A stretch of 64,000 bases of DNA from Saccostrea cucullata (taxonomy: Eukaryota). The first letter of the stretch is position 1. The number at the start of each line of letters is the position of its first letter. The stretch spans positions 310,001 through 374,000 of the forward strand of contig NW_026934771.1 of assembly GCF_032062105.1 (NCBI RefSeq). The letters run 5' to 3'. The position numbers and the translations under genes are program-made. Below are positions 1-11,275 of the stretch, in pieces. The notes under the pieces are model-generated. The model made no database searches. It saw only the letters and a program-made list of their open reading frames with translations, and was not told the origin of the DNA.

Positions 1-19
1 AATGCACGAAGAAAACTTC

Positions 20-93
20 TGGCTGGATCGGGAATGGAACCCGGGACCCCTGTATCTCTAGTCAGGTGCTCTACCAACTGAGCTATCCAGGCC
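20..93 (-). repeat. tRNA-derived SINE head / tRNA pseudogene
   Basis: Reverse complement reads GGCCTGGATAGCTCAGTTGGTAGAGCACCTGACTAGAGATACAGGGGTCCCGGGTTCCATTCCCGATCCAGCCA. It has A-box and B-box-like motifs but imperfect stems. A second, more degenerate copy lies at ~27723-27792 (+). Confidence 0.7.
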
Positions 94-959
94 GATATCC
101 ACGACCCTAACCATTACATTAGTATCTATAATTTTCTGCAATACATTCCGAGCCAGTATCAATCCCGATCATTTGTAAAGGGTGTTCGTAATGGTATTCT
201 TGCATCCTTCCAAGAAAACAATCAATTTAATAGAGGCTTCGTGAATATTACTCACTCTCGCTAATCGATGTCTGATATTTGTAGAACCGGTGAAATTAAT
301 GCGCTATTTGTCCTTCTGTATATCAGCAGCTGAAATTGATATTTCGTACAGAAGTTGGCGGAGAATAACATCTAAATGCGGCTCAAAGTGTATTCACTTT
401 GCACTCATGGGAGAAATTTCTGGAATGATTACAATTTATAGCAAATTGTTTTGTAAGCTCTTTAGCTCATTTTCGTAGGATACCAAAACTGCTATATTAC
501 AAACTTTTACAATAACTTGAAATATTTTATCGTTTAATTAATTTTCATGGGAATTAAATTCAGTAGAATTGCAATATAAAATTTCGCAGTTTGTATGTTT
601 GTACGTGCAAATTGTTTTTCAAGGAAAAATAATAAAATTACGGTAATACATTACGCTAATATAAAACAGCAAAATGATCACGAAAAAGTTTTATGAGATG
701 TTTTATAACTAATACCTCAAAAATGATATGGCATGTAGCTAAAACAATCGTATACATGCATACGAGAAATAACAAGCCAATTCAAAAATTGTGTGTTCCC
801 CTGCTGAAAGAAAAACGAAGAGGTTGAGCTGACCCGGGGGCAAAGGGGATGGGGAACTTAAAATTAAAGGAGGGCAGGAGGGGCATACTTGCATTGAGTT
901 ATTGTATAAAATTAAATTGCAAAAACTCACAAGCTTTTAGAGGTTTGCCCGGGAAAGTT

Positions 960-3900
960 TTACAAACACAATCGAACAGAATGTATGAATTTAGGACCTT
1001 GACCTTTAGATGTCAAAATCAATAGGGGCATTCCTAAGGCCATAGGGAGTTTTGGGTATTAAAATTCATTGCAAAAACTGAATGGCTTCTCGGGATATCG
1101 CGTGGAAATGAAAGTGATAAAACAGATTTTTTAATATATGACCTTCGACCTTCTGACTTCAATCAATAGGTAGCTGCAAAAATGTAGCCCTCTCCGATTT
1201 TTTTCATCTGATATTTTCTGGAGGAAATTATAGGTATTTTCCTCTCCCCACCCCCAAAAAAGGGAGAGGGCTACACTACTGCAGCTAATCAATAGGGGTC
1301 TTCCTTAGGCCTTTGGAAAATCATTGGAAAATCTCAAACGCTTCTTTAGATATTGGGCAGAAACGAAAGTGTTAAAACAGAATTTTTGACCTTGACCTCA
1401 AATCAATAGTGATCTTCCTTATGCCATAGGGAGTTATTGCGTAAAATTTGATTGCTCAAAGGCTTCTCGAGATATCGCGTGGAAACGAAAGCATTACAGG
1501 CAGAACTAGGGACGGACACACAGATGGTCGGACAGACAGACCAAAATTAATATCCCCCACTTTCTAGCGGTGAACAAATATCGAAATAATAAGATGTTTC
1601 CCTTTTGAGAAGAGCAATTGCAAATTTCATTGCAATTTTTAAAACTCAAAAGCCTCTTGAGACATCACAAAGAAATAAATGTGTAACATATGGCAAGCCA
1701 AATCCACAAAAATGAGATAAACATAGTTTCACAGTCGATAAACTAGGTTTATCGGTTGTAAACTATAGTTTACGGACTGTAAACTATAGTTAACAACGTT
1801 AATCTATATTTTACATTTGTAAACCATAGTTAACGCGAAAATCTATGTTTCACAACCGTAAACTATACTTAACATCGAAAACAATCATTTGCATGGCACA
1901 CCAAATTCACAAAAATGAGCTAATCATAGTTTCACAATCGATAAACTAGGTTTATCGGTTGTAAACTATAGTTTACGGACTGTAAACTATAGTTAACAAC
2001 GTTAATCTATATTTTACATCTGTAAACCATAGTTAACGCGATAATCTATGTTTCACAATCGTAAACTATACTTAACACCGAAAACAATCATTTGCGATTG
2101 AAAAACATCGATTATCTGATAAATACAGTTTCACGATTTGTAAACTATAGTGAAACTATGATTAACAACTCTTAACTATAGTTTACGATTGTAAACTATA
2201 GTTTACAAACGTGAATCTATGTTTATCAACAAAATCTATTATCAACGCTTTATTCAGACAGATAAACTTAGATTAACATTCGTAAACTATAGTTAACGAC
2301 CGTAAAATATAGTTTTACAGATGAAAACTATACTTAACGAATCGTTAACTATACTTAACGAATCGTTAACTATAGTTTACGGTTTGTAAACTATAGTTTA
2401 CAGTCGATAAACCTAGTTTATCAATTGTGAAACTAAGTTTATCTCATTTTTGTGAATTTGGCATGCCATACATTTGCGATTGCAAAACATAGATTATCTG
2501 ATAAATACAGTTTCACGATTTGTAAACTATAGTTTACAAACCGTTAACTATAGTTAACGATCTGATAAATACATGTACAGTTTCATGATTTGTGAAACTA
2601 TGATTAACAACCGTTAACTATAGTTTACGATTGTAAACTATAGTTTACAAACGTGAATCTATGTTTATCAACAAAATCTATTATCAACGCTTTATTCAGA
2701 CAGATAAACTTAGATTAACATTCGTAAACTATAGTTAACGACCGTTAAATATAGTTTTACAGATGAAAACTATACTTAACGAATCGTTAACTATACTTAA
2801 CGAATCGTTAACTATAGTTTATGGTTTGTAAACTATAGTTTACAGTCGATAAACCTAGTTTATCAATTGTGAAACTAGGTTTATCTCATTTTTGTGAATT
2901 TGGCGTGCCACACACAAATTTTATGAATTTACGACCTTGACATTTGACCTTTTGATATCAAAATCAAAAAGGGTCTTCCTAAGGCCTTAAGTAGTTTTAG
3001 TATTTAAAAAAAAATCCCACTGCAAAAGCTCAAAAGCCTCGCTTATCGCTAAAATACAAAAGTGTTAAAACAGACAGAAGTTTATACATGTATAAATATT
3101 TCACCTTAATCTTCGACATTATTACGGCAAAATCACTAGAGGTCGATCTTCTTCAGGCCATTAGCAGTTGTTATCGTATGTAAAATTTCATTGCAAAAAG
3201 CTCAAAGACGTCTTGGGATATATTGCATGGAAACAAGTGTTATAGACAGGCAAAATGTAGACTGACGGACAGACAAACTTAAATTAATACCCCCAACTTT
3301 CAGTGAAAGCAAGGGATAAAAATTGAGGCTGAGATCAAAAGTTAACTCACAAAATTTTATGGCCCATGGGCTTGGTACATGTAAATGGTAAGGAGAGTCA
3401 TGTATGTACATCTTAAAGAAGGTAGGCGATTTGCCTTACCAACCAACCAACCAACCAACCCCCCTGGATTTTTTTTTATTTATTCTGGAACCCCCACCCA
3501 CCTCTGAAGAAAATTCCTGGATGCATGCGCCTGTTTGGCAACATAGGTTAAACTTTCTCAAATGCAAATCAAACATTTGGGTACCCAAAGTAAGCATTAA
3601 ATTAAACAAGAAATATATTTGTGAAATATGAAAGCCCTAGCACCACCTGTTCAAAGTTATGCCCAAGGTTAAAGTTTTTTTCCACGGTCAAGGTCAATGG
3701 GTCTGAAGTTGTTGTTTTTGAAGACACAGAGAGACAGATGGACAGGGCATTCTCTATATAGGAACCTTTGAATTTTATGTCAGATTTGAACTTCTATTTT
3801 TTTAATTTGATAGACAATAACTAAAGGAAGATAATTTCTCTAAATAAAGCTTTACACCATTGCTTCATCCATGTTTAGGAGCTGCGGTAAGAAATTTATA

Positions 3901-4280
3901 TCTTATATGGCAATGTGTACTTTTCAGCTTGATGCCTTGATCTAACAATAATTCCAGTTTTTATTTATTTTATTTAAACATGCAAATTCAAAACATTGTG
4001 GTCCCCTGCTTTCAATGTCTTTGTGGGTGAGATGTTGTTATTTATGGCATATTGTGTCAAATATGAATGCCCTATCATATGTCATTCAAAAGTTATCCCT
4101 ACATTTGATTATTTTTTGAAAATCAAGTCAACATGAAGGTCAAGGGGTCAGAATTCAGCATGCTTAGGAATATGTAGTCACAGGTATTAAAAATACACAT
4201 CAAATATGAAAGCCCCATCTCTTCTCTACCAAAAATTATAAGGAAACAAATACATTTTTTGAAAAGTAGGTCAAACGTAA
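960..4280. repeat. Degenerate dispersed repeats of the 'gaccttgacct / ggtcaaggtca ... cagacagac' family (probable non-autonomous Helentron/HINE relatives)
   Basis: Recurrent degenerate units (gaccttgacctt...aatcaataggg...aatttcattgcaaaa) and acagac microsatellites at ~1510-1540 and ~3260-3275. The unit cut at 4280 resumes at 22978. Confidence 0.55.
1689..2912. mobile_element. Non-autonomous TIR element (aaactatagtt-rich MITE), with a second copy of the same family nested inside
   Basis: TIR tatggca(a/c)gccaaat(c/t)cacaaaaatgag at 1689 and its reverse complement ending ~2912. The inner copy 1892-2470 is flanked by a catttg duplication. Confidence 0.8.
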
Positions 4281-4961
4281 TGTAACGAGTAATGAATACT
4301 AACATATCCCCACTAACAACTATCTGAAACAACACGCACTTCTATTTAAGTATCGGGTAATTTCATTTAGACTTGGGAAGTGTGTGTTGTTAATGATTTT
4401 TTTTTTGTTTTTTTTTTTTTTTGTTTGTTTTTTTCTTTTTTTTTTTTTTTTTTTTGTTTCAAGGACAGACATTTACAACCACATGTTGTATTAATTAGCG
4501 GACGATGCATCAATACACATCACCCTGGCTTACACCTTGGTAAGATTGCTCTGCAAGTCGTCAAGTGATGGTGCTCCTTGTTATCAGCCGTTCTCAGTGG
4601 GGATCCTAACATATCCCCACTAACAACTATCTGAAACAACACGCACTTCTATTAAAGTATCGGGTAATTTCATTTAAACTGATATATAAGTGTGTTCTTG
4701 ACTAATTATAAAAGTAAAGGGTACATCCAGGTAAATATCTCTACCCAATACTCACTCAAAGTAAATAACAAAACTTTTATTTATTTATTTTATTTTTTTT
4801 TCTCAAATAATTATATATGTCAAGACATGAAATTGAAATACAAAGGGTGTTATTTAACAACATTAATTAATTATATAAAATATAATTGAGTGATCAGGTG
4901 ATCTTTTGAACAACTAGTATGTATTAAACATAAGCGTGTGAGGTTGACCACATCATATTCT

Positions 4962-6876
4962 TTAATTTGTCGGCTTAAAGGCTGGACTAAGTGAGGAAAA
5001 TTCTCCATGTGTTTTGTAAAATCCTTCAATTTCGTCTGTGTCTGCTGATAGATTGGCAATATTGCTTGCTAATGTGCTAGCATCTGTCAAGGTTTTCGTC
5101 CTGCTGTAATAATAAGCTGACCGTTCACTCGACCATCCGACATGCTTCATGAGTTCCTGGAGAGATGTCGCAGTGCCTGAGATCGCCATGGTTACAGCAA
5201 AACCTCCTCGTAGACTGTGTGGGGTTTCTCCTTCATAAATACCCAAAGATACCAGGTAAAACCGAAGCCGTTCATAAATTGCCGAGTAACCCAGCTGTTG
5301 ATCCAGTACTCGCCCTGATTCTGATACGGGCCTGAAGAGATATCCTAGACTCAAATCCACGTTATTTTGTTTGGACCAGGCATAGTAGTTTTCAAGACCT
5401 AAGACAGGACAGATTGACTTATCTTGGGACCTTTTTATGACAAAGGTGTTTGACTTTCCATCTCCACGTAATGTCTTCCCGTAGGTGTGTTCGAAAACAA
5501 ATCCGGAGTTATCCTGCAATTTTTTAACTTCCTGCGATAAAATATTGCAAACATCGCTGATTCTATCCCCGGCAAAGAACTGAATTTTGAATATCGCTTG
5601 ATCTCTAATCAAGACAAACTTTTCCCTTAAGGAAAGGTCAGGGCGAGCAAATTCTCTATCAATAAACAGGGTCATTTTCTTTATCTTTCCTAAAAATATC
5701 GGTCTGGCTTGTTTAGGTAACACATGGGACTTTGCCTGCTCTTCTTTACAGAATTTTACATAGTTTTTTTACTTCCGGGGACAAGCAGGGATTCCCTGAC
5801 TTAGTATGAACATCCCTAATCCCTGTTGAGATTCTGCTAGGCTAGATATTTGGACTGACGCCGTCGCAGAATCCCTGGACGACTACTAATAATTCATGTC
5901 TGGAAATTAAGTCCCAACTTCGGTCGACTATAGCAAGAATTATTCACCTTGACCACACTGCCGTTCGCTTCAATTAAGTCATTTAGTTGTTTATTTGACT
6001 CTCTGTCACTATTATTTCTACATAGCTTACCGTTTAGGCATGTAAATCCCAACATAAAAATATTCACTGAAATCTCAGTTCAAAATATGGCTCCCGTGAC
6101 GAAATTGTTTACCTCCTCGAATAAAAGAGTTCCTATAGTCTGTTTTTACCCTATGTGATTCTGAACCAAGTATAATGTGACTATTGAACATCACATAGGG
6201 TAAAAACAGACTATAGGTAAACAATTTCGTCACGGGAGCCATATTTTGAACTGAGATTTCAGTGAATATTTTTATGTTGGGATTTACATGCCTAAACGGT
6301 AAGCTATGTAGAAATAATAGTGACAGAGAGTCAAATAAACAACTAAATGACTTAACTGAAGCGAACGGCAGTGTGGTCAAGGTGAATAATTCTTGCTATA
6401 GTCGACCGAAGTTGGGACTTAATTTCCAGACATGAATTATTAGTAGTCGTCCAGGGATTCTGCGACGGCGTCAGTCCAAATATCTAGCCTAGCAGAATCT
6501 CAACAGGGATTAGAACATCCCATGATCGAGTTCTTCCATGTACATACAATATCTCAGATATCTGTTGAACCATATTATGAATAGTTCCTGCTGCGAGCCT
6601 AATAGGACATGTGCATTCAAATAAACCAAATTTACCCAAGTGTGGACACGAGATCCCGTGTATCTTCGTCTTCCCGAATCTATCACTCCATACCATAAAT
6701 CGGCACACGTCTTGTGGCGTCATACTTGTTAAGTCCGGAGAGGTTGGTAACTGCGATAAGAAAAGTCGTACCCTTTTTTCCAAGTTTTTCATCTTCTTTG
6801 TGGCTTTTTTATTGTCCTCGTTCTTTTCAAGCTGACTTTTTAAAACTCTTGTCAATAGCAGGAAGGTCAACTTCAT
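4962..6876 (-). pseudogene. DIRS tyrosine recombinase ORF, interrupted by a foldback MITE
   Basis: Catalytic motifs GDRISD, HSLRGG, HVGW and YYY-SR lie in ORF 4962-5723. The N-terminal part (ORF 6484-6876, ...RSWDV) joins HTKSGNPA... when 5817-6521 is removed. Confidence 0.88.
5817..6512. mobile_element. 696-bp foldback MITE with 9-bp TSD (Mutator/Foldback-like)
   Basis: Near-perfect inverted arms of ~300 bp (taatccctgttgag... / ...ctcaacagggatta) plus an inner hairpin. gaacatccc is duplicated at 5808-5816 and 6513-6521. Confidence 0.92.
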
Positions 6877-6920
6877 TATCTTCCATCTACAAAATAAGAG
6901 TCCGTAATTTTATTATAATT

Positions 6921-7650
6921 TCAGCTAAAATCCACTCTACATGCTTTAAGTTCCCATTTTAGTCCCAGTTTATCGGAAGTAAACCCTTTTTTGGATGGAA
7001 TAAGCAATACAGTTTTATCGCCTTGTCTACCTAACGTGAAAAGATTTACACAATGAGCACTCAAAAGTGGCCACCAAATTGGTCGCGGGTACATTATTGG
7101 CACAATAATTGTGCACTCTTTTACTTTTTGTTCTTTAAGGAGACACAGTACGGGGAATATGAGGTGAAATGGAGGAAACACGTAGGGGCGCTTCTCACTT
7201 GACAGATCTTGTGCAAATACATTAACACCCGCTGATTGTGGAGTAGGGTTTTGAGTGAAATGTCTCAATGGAACTCCAAAGTTGGATATCATTACATTCG
7301 TATCTGTCGCCATCAAATCTACTGTATGTGGTCCAAACATAGTCTCAACCCTCTGCCATGTTTGGGGATTTAGCATGCAATCTGTGTAAGAAATAGTTCT
7401 AGATGGAGCGTCTGCTGTATTTTCTGCTGAGGGCACATAGTGTAATCTCAATCAATATTCAATTTCCAGACTGTCTGGAATATATTTTTCATTATATCAG
7501 CCAAATGCCGGTCCCGTGACCTTTGATTTTCCCAAGCATGCAAGGCTGCGGTATTGTCAACATGGATGTCTAATCTGTGGTCTTTGATTTTCATCGCTAA
7601 GGACTTGAGGGCAATGTCGACAGCTCAGTGATGCTTCCTTAAGATGAATC
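6921..7650 (-). pseudogene. DIRS RNase H C-terminus plus DNA N6-adenine methyltransferase-like domain
   Basis: IHLKEA...HIDN...YVPSAENTADAPSR (DIRS RNase H), followed by TVDLMA...AGVNVF...YVFPPF...WWP (DIRS MT signature). RT and gag are missing. Confidence 0.85.
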
Positions 7651-8111
7651 GGTGATGGTGCTCCTTGTTATCAGCCGTTCTCAGTGGGGATCAGGCAATC
7701 GGCCTATACCATTTAAACGCTTGTGTGACCTGGAATAATGGAACAGTCCAGGAGCCTTTTCACCCCTGTTTGAATGGTATAGCCCTTTGCTATATAAATG
7801 ACTGCAGAGGCAGTCTCGACCTCTCTCTCTCTCTCTCTCGGAAACCCACAGAAGAAGCAAGAATCTGAAAAGAAGATTAAAGGTAGTGTAGTGTGATGTG
7901 AATGTGTAAGGGAACGAATGTATATGGAACCGCTTGTAAGTGCGCATGTGTGACAGAGTTGTCGTCTGTTCGTCGGAGAGAAAACACATGGTTGACTGAT
8001 TGAGAATATTCTTTGGTATATTTGTGTTATATGTGCTCCAGATTAAACATATATGAAAATTACCTCGGTCGTCAGTTAGTTTAATCTTGCATAGGTTATA
8101 TAACACTTCAC

Positions 8112-8125
8112 TGGCGCTGCGAGCA
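8112..8125 (+). promoter_or_regulatory. Primer-binding site of Gypsy B (tRNA-Ser-like)
   Basis: TGGCGCTGCGAGCA lies 1 nt after the 5' LTR and resembles the complement of metazoan tRNA-Ser(CGA/TGA) 3' ends. Confidence 0.7.
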
Positions 8126-8636
8126 ATCGATTCTGCACGAAAATTACTGTGTATTGAATTTCGTTGATATTTTTCTCGTGGCGGGAATCTGTCAAAGTCC
8201 CACACGTGTATATATATAGTAATTCTTGAAAATTTACTGACAATTTGAATTAAGTTATGTGAAATTCTATTTATTCATTAAGTTATAATCATTACGATTA
8301 CAAAGTCTGGCAGTATTATATTTTTGTGCATTTTGTTGAAACAAAAGTTAAACACGTGGCGAGGCTAATCACCGGAAGATCAAGATGCACATGGTCGACC
8401 ACATGCAGGGCCTGGGAAGGGGCCGCGCCACGCGCCATATGCGCATTCTGCCGAAAAATGGCGCACTGTAATGATGGTGCGCTGCGCCATGCGGCGCATC
8501 CCCAAAAATAATGTAAAATGCGCACACGCATTATTTCTACCATGTGATTTTATCGAGATCGACGTTATCGGTAATCTTCATCAAAGTTAGATGGAATTGT
8601 CCGATGAGTACGGAATGATAGAATCGGAACGCCATT

Positions 8637-10761
8637 TTTAGGTCACCTGAGTTACTCAGGTGACCTATTGCTATCCGTTTTCGTCCGTCGTCGTGTGTCG
8701 TGTGTCGTGCGTCGTGCGTCGTGTGTTAACATTTGAACATTTTCAGCTTCTTCTCTGAAACCACTGAACCAATTTCAACCAAATTTGGTATACAGCATCT
8801 ATGGGTGAAGGGGAACAAAAATTGTGAATTTTATGGTCCCCGCCCCCCTGGGGCCTGAGGGGTGGGGCCAAAACCACTAAAATTAGTGCATTCTTTGAAA
8901 ATCTTCTTCTTTATTCCTGGACATCAAGCAGGCAAACTGTTGGCATGAATGTAATGAGCATTGAGTCCTCTACCAAAATTGTGAAATTCATGGCCCCAGG
9001 GTCAGGGGTTCTAATAGTGCTAGGGCGGGGCTATATAGATTATATAGTGAAAATGCATGATTTCTTTGAAAATCTTCTTCTCTGCTCCTGGGTATTAAAT
9101 AAACTAACCAAGCACATAGTTATGATGAGCAAGAGTGCCTCTACCAAAATTGTGAATTTTATGACCCCAGGGTCAGGGGTTCTGGTGTTAGGGCGGGGCT
9201 CTATTGGTTATATAGTGAAAATGCATTTATTCTTTGAAAATCTTCTTCTCTACTTCTGGGTATCTAATACACTAACTAAGTATATAGTTATAATGAGCAA
9301 GAGTGCATCTACCAAAATTGTGAATTTTATGACCCCAGGGTCAGGGGTTCAGGTGTTAGGGCGGGGCTCTATTGGTTATATAGTGAAAATGCATTTATTC
9401 TTTGAAAATCTTCTTCTCTACTTCTGGGTATTAAATGAACTTACCAAGCACAAAGTTATGATGAGCAAGAGTGCCTCTACCAAAATTGTGAATTTTATGA
9501 CCCCAGGGTCAGGGGTTCAGGTGTTAGGGCGGGGCTCTATGGGTTATATAGTGAAAATGCATTTATTCTTTGAAAATCTTCTTCTCTACTTCTGGGTTTT
9601 AAATGAACTTACCAAGCACATAGTTATGAGGAGCAAGAGTGCCTCTACCAAAATTGTGAATTTTATGACCCTAGGGTCAGGGGTTCTGGTGTTAGGGCGG
9701 GGCTCTATTGGTTATATAGTGAAAATACATGAATTCTTTGAAAATCTTCTTCTCTACTTCTGGGTATCAAATAAACTAACTAAGTATATAGTTATGATGA
9801 GCAAGAGTGCCTCTACCAAAATTGTGAATTTTATGACCCCAGGGTCAGGGGTTCTGGTGTTAGGGCGGGGCTCTATTGGTTATATAGTGAAAATGCATTT
9901 ATTCTTTGAAAATCTTCTTCTCTACTTCTGGGTATTAAATGAACTTACCAAGCACATAGTTATGATGAGCAAGAGTGCCTCTACCAAAATTGTGAATTTT
10001 ATGACCCCAGGGTCAGGGGTTCTGGTGTTAGGGCGGGGCTCTATGGGTTATATAGTGAAAATGCATTAATTCTTTGAAAATCTTCTTCTCTACTTCTGGG
10101 TATTAAATGAACTTACCAAGCACAAAGTTATGATGAGCAAGAGTGCCTCTACCAAAATTGTGAATTTTATGACCCCAGGGTCAGGGGTTCTGGTGTTAGG
10201 GCGGGGCTCTTTTGATCATATAGTGAAAATGCATTAATTCTTTGAACATCTTTCTTTTGCTCCTGGGTTTTATGCCAAAGATCCAAGTATATATATTTAT
10301 GATGAAGAAAGGTGCATCTAGCAAAATGGTTATTTTTTATGCCCCCCCCCCCGCTGGGTGGGGGGGGGGGGGGGGGGGGTACAAAGTCTGAAAATAAATT
10401 AATGCTTTGAAATCTGCTCTTTGGTATTAATCAACCATTTTATGATAAAATTTGCAAAATTTTGAAATATGTGGCCCCAGGATCAGTGGTTCCTTTGGGA
10501 TGAGGTGCACAACTGGTTATAAAGTGGAAGTGCATTTTCTCTTAATGTTACTCTCAGTCTGATCTTCCTCTGGGTATTAAGTAAATAGAGTAAACATGCC
10601 AAGTCTTTAACACTGTTTAATTATGATCAGTAATGGTGCCTCTTTCAAAATTGTGAATTGCGAATGTCATGGCCTCTGGTTTAAAACACGAACCAAATTT
10701 AATTGTTTGAAAGTTGTTGCACAATACTCAGGTGACCTATAAGGCCCGTGGGCCTCTTGTT
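8637..10761 (+). mobile_element. HINE (non-autonomous Helentron) carrying a 168-bp tandem satellite
   Basis: Left end ttttaggtcacctgagttactcaggtgaccta hairpin plus (cgt/cgtgt)n microsatellite, then ~8-9 tandem 168-bp units. Right end ctcaggtgaccta..aggcccgtgggcctcttgtt. Inserted in a T-run. Confidence 0.85.
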
Positions 10762-11118
10762 AAATACTGACATGCCGCCGGCAAAGAAAATGAAGATTTC
10801 ACTTCCACGTGGCCAAAAGACACTAACCTCCATGCAGTTTCCAACCGGCTTAAGTTCAGAAATAGAATCGAGTCCCGAGGAAGGAGATACAGCAAATGTA
10901 AGAGGTGAGAATGCTGATGCAGAAGTGAACAATGACGAGACCGTCGGAGACCAGTAAAAGTGCTGATAAACAAAAAAGAAAATTTCACTCATCGTGGCTG
11001 AAATTGTGGCCCTGGATGATTTACGAATCGGAAAAAATGTTTTGCACTATATGTAAAGAAAGGGGTAAAGACAATATATTTACGCAGGGTTGTGGCACAT
11101 TTAAAACTTCGTCATTAA

Positions 11119-11275
11119 ATCGCGTGCAATTAAAATTACGCAGACAAAAAACATATGGCTGAACATATGGCAGAAAGCAGGTCATGTAATTAGGTCGGTT
11201 TTCACCGAAGTCCTAGGTAATACTACAGCTAGGACTTCGGTTAAATCAATAATCGCACAACAAAAGTTACGCGGT
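11119..11275. mobile_element. 157-bp MITE in the hAT transposase
   Basis: Short TIRs atcgcgt/acgcggt, TAA (or TTAA) duplication, and internal hairpin ccgaagtcctag...ctaggacttcgg. Removal restores ...TSSLRHENSQDH. Confidence 0.75.

Larger units (their letters stand above)
4299..7692 (-). mobile_element. DIRS-group (PAT-like, split direct repeat) tyrosine-recombinase retrotransposon, internally deleted
   Basis: A1 remnant 7652-7692 equals 4565-4605, and B1 4606-4680 matches B2 4299-4372, giving an A1...B1-A2-B2 layout. There is no TSD. It encodes an RNase H C-terminal part, the DIRS methyltransferase-like domain and a YR. Confidence 0.9.

Noticed and set aside
20-93. Functional tRNA-Ser(AGA)
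   Set aside because: No long variable arm, imperfect acceptor and anticodon stems, an altered T-loop, and a second degenerate copy nearby. It fits a SINE head better.
5949-6380. Pair of near-identical opposite-strand ORFs (MTTLPFAS...)
   Set aside because: They are mirror translations of the two foldback arms.
4962-7451. Phage integrase plus restriction-modification methylase
   Set aside because: YR and MT are normal DIRS components, and the DIRS RNase H and split direct repeats are present.
7681-8205. ORFs 7681-8205, 20677-20995 and 22315-22536 sharing peptides
   Set aside because: Antisense translations of repeated LTR sequence.
8945-10069. 374-aa ORF with 56-aa repeats
   Set aside because: It is a by-product of the 168-bp satellite unit (a multiple of 3) inside a HINE. 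Later units contain stops.
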